From the IMG/VR virus record IMGVR_UViG_3300021420_000014: 64,000 nt of DNA. One strand, 5' to 3'. The position numbers and the translations under genes were made by a program. This document shows positions 60,816 to 64,000 of the stretch, piece after piece. The notes below the pieces were generated by a model, which was not told the origin of the DNA, ran no database searches, and saw only the letters and a list, made by a program, of their open reading frames with translations. Each line of letters starts with the position of its first letter. The stretch's first letter is position 1. Source of the DNA: a virus.

Positions 60816-61646
60816 TTGCCGAAGCGGCTCATCGATTACGACGCAATATGGGCTAGCGATAAACTTGCATCTTGTCCGGAATGGGCGATCCCAGAATACA
60901 CTTGGCTATACGGAATAGCGGACGCAACAGGTTGTTTTGAGCTCTCCAACCTTCGCGTGCTCTGGGGAAAGGTATCAGCAATACGTCCCAATCTCACCTT
61001 GAGTCACCTCAAGGACTGCCTTGATGTCTTTCATGAGAAAGGACTTTTATTTATCTGGGAGGCAAATGGCAAAACGTTTGGCCATTGGACTGGCTCGACT
61101 AAAGGCGAGAGACTCCCGCCGCCATCGCAACGTAATCGCTACAAGCACATAGACTCTCAAGTGCCGCAAAATGAGTTACATCAATATGAGGATGGATTCA
61201 CATCAAGGCATGACTTGAGTGAGGTCCAGACTAGGTTAGCATTAGGTTTAGGTTCGCATAAGGTTAGCAGTAGGGCTCAAGATTCATCGTTGGTTGCCAA
61301 GACGCAGAGGGGTGCAGGGGAGATCGACCAGACTGAAGCCCTTGAAAGTGAGGCGCGCCAAAAGGCAGTCGCGCCTCCCGCTTTCGAATCCAGCCTGCTA
61401 ACTGTTACGGTTGTTCAAGACAAGAAACTGGCAGACGCCTACCCTTGGGTGGATCGGCCAGTTGAATACCGCAAGGCTGAGCTCTGGCGAGTAGGGCACG
61501 GCAACAAGACAGTCAAGAACGTCCTCGCGTTCCTTCAAAACTGGTTCAACAAAGTTCCTATCAACGGAAAAGGAGGGGCCCGTGACTCACGACTCGAACG
61601 AGAAAAACAAGCCTTCCGAAACCTCGGCCTCCCACACAGCGATTAG
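60816..61646 (+). CDS. putative replication initiator
   Basis: N-terminal R.I...IW.S.K...AD..G wHTH-like region; C-terminal AYP.VD...KA..W...FL.NW. Confidence 0.6.
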   Translation: MPKRLIDYDAIWASDKLASCPEWAIPEYTWLYGIADATGCFELSNLRVLWGKVSAIRPNLTLSHLKDCLDVFHEKGLLFIWEANGKTFGHWTGSTKGERLPPPSQRNRYKHIDSQVPQNELHQYEDGFTSRHDLSEVQTRLALGLGSHKVSSRAQDSSLVAKTQRGAGEIDQTEALESEARQKAVAPPAFESSLLTVTVVQDKKLADAYPWVDRPVEYRKAELWRVGHGNKTVKNVLAFLQNWFNKVPINGKGGARDSRLEREKQAFRNLGLPHSD

Positions 61647-62145
61647 AAAGTTTCTGGCGGTCGTCGCCGTGAACTGGGGTGCCGATGCCAGTCCTGAGAA
61701 AATTAATCTATGGATCAACCGGTTTGAGAAGGTTTCAGTTGAGGTGCTCAATCGAGCCTTCGCTTATTGCTTGGATACCTGTAAGTTCGTTCCTCAGTTT
61801 GCTGACGTGCTCGAAGTGATTCATAAAAATAACGCCGCTATTGTTTCGCTTGAAGCGGAAATAGCCTGGCAGAAGCTGCTGAAGTTTTTGCCGTGGTCTC
61901 AGCGCCCAGAGTTTCCGGAAAAAGTGAAGCAGTGCATCCTTGCGGCAGGCGGGATCGATTACCTTGAGCAATGCCCGCTCGACCAGCTCGATTGGGCAAG
62001 ACGCCGATTCATCGATACCTGGGGAATGTTGTGCGGGCTCGAGCAGGACCCAAGCTATCTCCCGACTGGTGAAACTGGCGAGATTCTGGCACGGATCCGG
62101 CGAGGGCTAGCGGCACTGCCGCCCGGAAAGGAGAAAGCGTCGTGA
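61582..62145 (+). CDS. putative helicase loader/inhibitor (DUF6475-like)
   Basis: CKFVPQFADV, AEIAWQ, AAGG..L, RRRFIDTW; follows initiator. Confidence 0.55.
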   Translation: MTHDSNEKNKPSETSASHTAIRKFLAVVAVNWGADASPEKINLWINRFEKVSVEVLNRAFAYCLDTCKFVPQFADVLEVIHKNNAAIVSLEAEIAWQKLLKFLPWSQRPEFPEKVKQCILAAGGIDYLEQCPLDQLDWARRRFIDTWGMLCGLEQDPSYLPTGETGEILARIRRGLAALPPGKEKAS

Positions 62146-62674
62146 GCTGGATCTATCCGCGCCGCTGGTGGAATGCTGTGTTCTACGATATCTGGTTTCG
62201 GCCGGCATGGTTTATGAACCAATTCACAAAACACTTCGAGGAAAAGCAGACTTGTTCAGCGCGAATGAGCCAGCCTGGGCCCTGGGAGTACAAGAACAGT
62301 CTCGATCATTGGCAGACAACGCGTTGGTGTTGGCTAGCTCGAGTGATCGACCATTTGAAGTACAGGGAAGGTGGAACGAGCTGGCCGTGGCACTGGAAAC
62401 CGCGGACGTGCAGCTTCTGCGGCGGGGTGCATCCAGAAGATGCGATCAAACTTGTGCGCGATGGATGGGAAGTAGAGGGGACGACTAAAGCATATAAGCG
62501 GTATTTGCAGCCGCCAGGATATCGCCAATGGTGCAAAGAATTATCGACCACGATTGGCATTGGACCGTTTCCGCTTCCGCCGCATCCACCTCCGGTTCCA
62601 CCTGTAAAGGTTTATACGTATCACTTCAGCGAAGCGCAGCGCGAACAATTCAATTTCGAAGCAAGGAGAGCAGC

Positions 62675-63133
62675 ATGACCAACCAACCTGATGGCGGGAT
62701 GAGGGAGCGGGAATTCTGGAGCCAAGTTAAGAAGACTGATAATTGCTGGCAGTGGTTGGGCAAGACACTGACTCCCAACGGATACGGAAGAATCTGCTTT
62801 CTTGGCAAAAGAGTATTGGTTCATCGTCTTGCTTATGAGCTACTCCGTTCCCCGATTCCCGAAGGAATGTGTATAGACCACCTTTGCCGCAACCGGCTCT
62901 GTGTAAATCCAGATCACATGGATATTTGTACTCCAGTAGAAAACTCGCGCCGTGGCGTAGGGGCGCAGGTGCTTAATCGCCAGAAGACTCACTGCGTCCG
63001 GGGGCATGAGTTCACGCCTGAAAATACCAACCAGCGTCTAAGTAAAGGGATAATGACGCGGGAATGTATCGAGTGTCATCGTTTAGCGAGTCGCGATCAG
63101 AAAAGGAGATTACGTGAGTTACGCACAGCTTAA
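62675..63133 (+). CDS. HNH homing endonuclease with Zn-binding tail
   Basis: FWSQV..CWQW, GYG, HRLAY, DHLCRNRLCVNPDH, KTHCVRGHEF. Confidence 0.9.
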   Translation: MTNQPDGGMREREFWSQVKKTDNCWQWLGKTLTPNGYGRICFLGKRVLVHRLAYELLRSPIPEGMCIDHLCRNRLCVNPDHMDICTPVENSRRGVGAQVLNRQKTHCVRGHEFTPENTNQRLSKGIMTRECIECHRLASRDQKRRLRELRTA

Positions 63134-63917
63134 AGAACGGCTGGCTGCGCTAGCCAAAGAGAAAGCAAATGGCGACGAGACGAAAATGGCATTTGCGGCC
63201 GTTCTTATTCACAGCTTCACACCAATTATCGAATCCGCTCGCCACGAGGCCGCAGCGGAGATGCAGGAGCTTTGCTCACAACATTTCCCCAAACTGGAAT
63301 GGGATACGGATGGCGATCTATGCCACGCTGAATGTGCTTGTGGGTTCAAACTTTTATTCCACGGAGAGCGTTCTTTCGATTTGATAGAGGATTGGCAAAA
63401 CCATATTCGCTCTCTCGGCCCTCCAGAAGTTCAGGCCGCGATGGAAGCGCACGATGCCAAATTCTTAGTGAAAATTGCAGAATTGGAAAAATGGATACAC
63501 GGCTTCAAGGGGCGCATGATGGACTTTCAGGATCGCGCCATTAAAGCAGAGCAGCGCGAGCAGCAAGCCGCCGCGAACGCGCTGGCGCACTTACTATGGG
63601 CAACTACAACAAAGCACGATGTTCGTACCTGTGCCTGTGTACAGTGTGAAAACGCACGGAATGCAACGAGCGCCGACATCGCTGCCAAGGCTAAAGAGCA
63701 CGACGCCAAGATTAGGCGGGATGCGTCCGAAGCACTAGCGTGGTTGGCAACCGAACTGGAAAAGCGCCGCAGTGTTATGGAAGGCAACGACAATGCCTGG
63801 TGGGAGAAGTACGAGCATTGCCGCGAACTAGCAGGACTGCCTCAATTAACGGCCCAATGTTTTCCAACGAAGCAGACGGGGGGGGGGAAAAGTGAGCAAA
63901 TTAGACGCGAAGTTTGA
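63114..63917 (+). CDS. hypothetical protein
   Basis: AGGAG RBS, 267-aa ORF. Confidence 0.55.
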   Translation: MSYAQLKERLAALAKEKANGDETKMAFAAVLIHSFTPIIESARHEAAAEMQELCSQHFPKLEWDTDGDLCHAECACGFKLLFHGERSFDLIEDWQNHIRSLGPPEVQAAMEAHDAKFLVKIAELEKWIHGFKGRMMDFQDRAIKAEQREQQAAANALAHLLWATTTKHDVRTCACVQCENARNATSADIAAKAKEHDAKIRRDASEALAWLATELEKRRSVMEGNDNAWWEKYEHCRELAGLPQLTAQCFPTKQTGGGKSEQIRREV

Positions 63918-64000
63918 AGGTGAAATTCGCAAGGTAAAGGATGGCTCTATCGTTCCCGATGATGAATATGTCGTGTTCTTGGCGAAGGACAATGCTTTCG

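Noticed and set aside
63877-63887. G homopolymer run
   Set aside because: Possible slippage site but equally a sequencing artefact; no supporting context within the window.
1-64000. Genome-wide TAG recoding
   Set aside because: Conserved genes are intact in code 11 and several end cleanly at TAG (e.g. 10044, 26931, 31990, 53937).

Overview
This is 64 kb of a large, gene-dense tailed dsDNA phage (or prophage). The standard genetic code appears to apply, since TAG ends many ordinary genes. Most of the window is + strand early/middle genes: a Ycf46-like AAA ATPase module with SWIM, DUF1257, DUF2997 and DUF3150 genes, Ku, a WGR-ligase, a clamp-loader-like ATPase, a C5 methyltransferase, DUF5131, ParB, DnaB, replication proteins, HNH nucleases and many small hypotheticals. 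An isolated terminase large subunit lies on the - strand, and no portal or capsid genes are seen. The host may be Acidobacteria-like (weak inference from the ClpN and secreted proteins). The most unusual content is: (1) a RAMP/Cas7-like gene followed by about 1.1 kb of period-5 (AGC-NN) arrays with an embedded accessory gene, plus three dispersed GGY-NN tracts; (2) two TIGR-like CCA-N9-TG arrays with no Tas gene in view; (3) a Pth2-like gene gated by an in-frame amber codon at codon 3, whose reading frame runs through a CUA-anticodon tRNA, a D-armless mini-tRNA and into an 8-nt-loop tRNA; (4) a shared C-terminal PRRxIx[FL] tag on about 9 mostly unrelated proteins; (5) an AAA ATPase with Walker B placed before Walker A. 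All family calls come from motif recognition by eye, not database searches.
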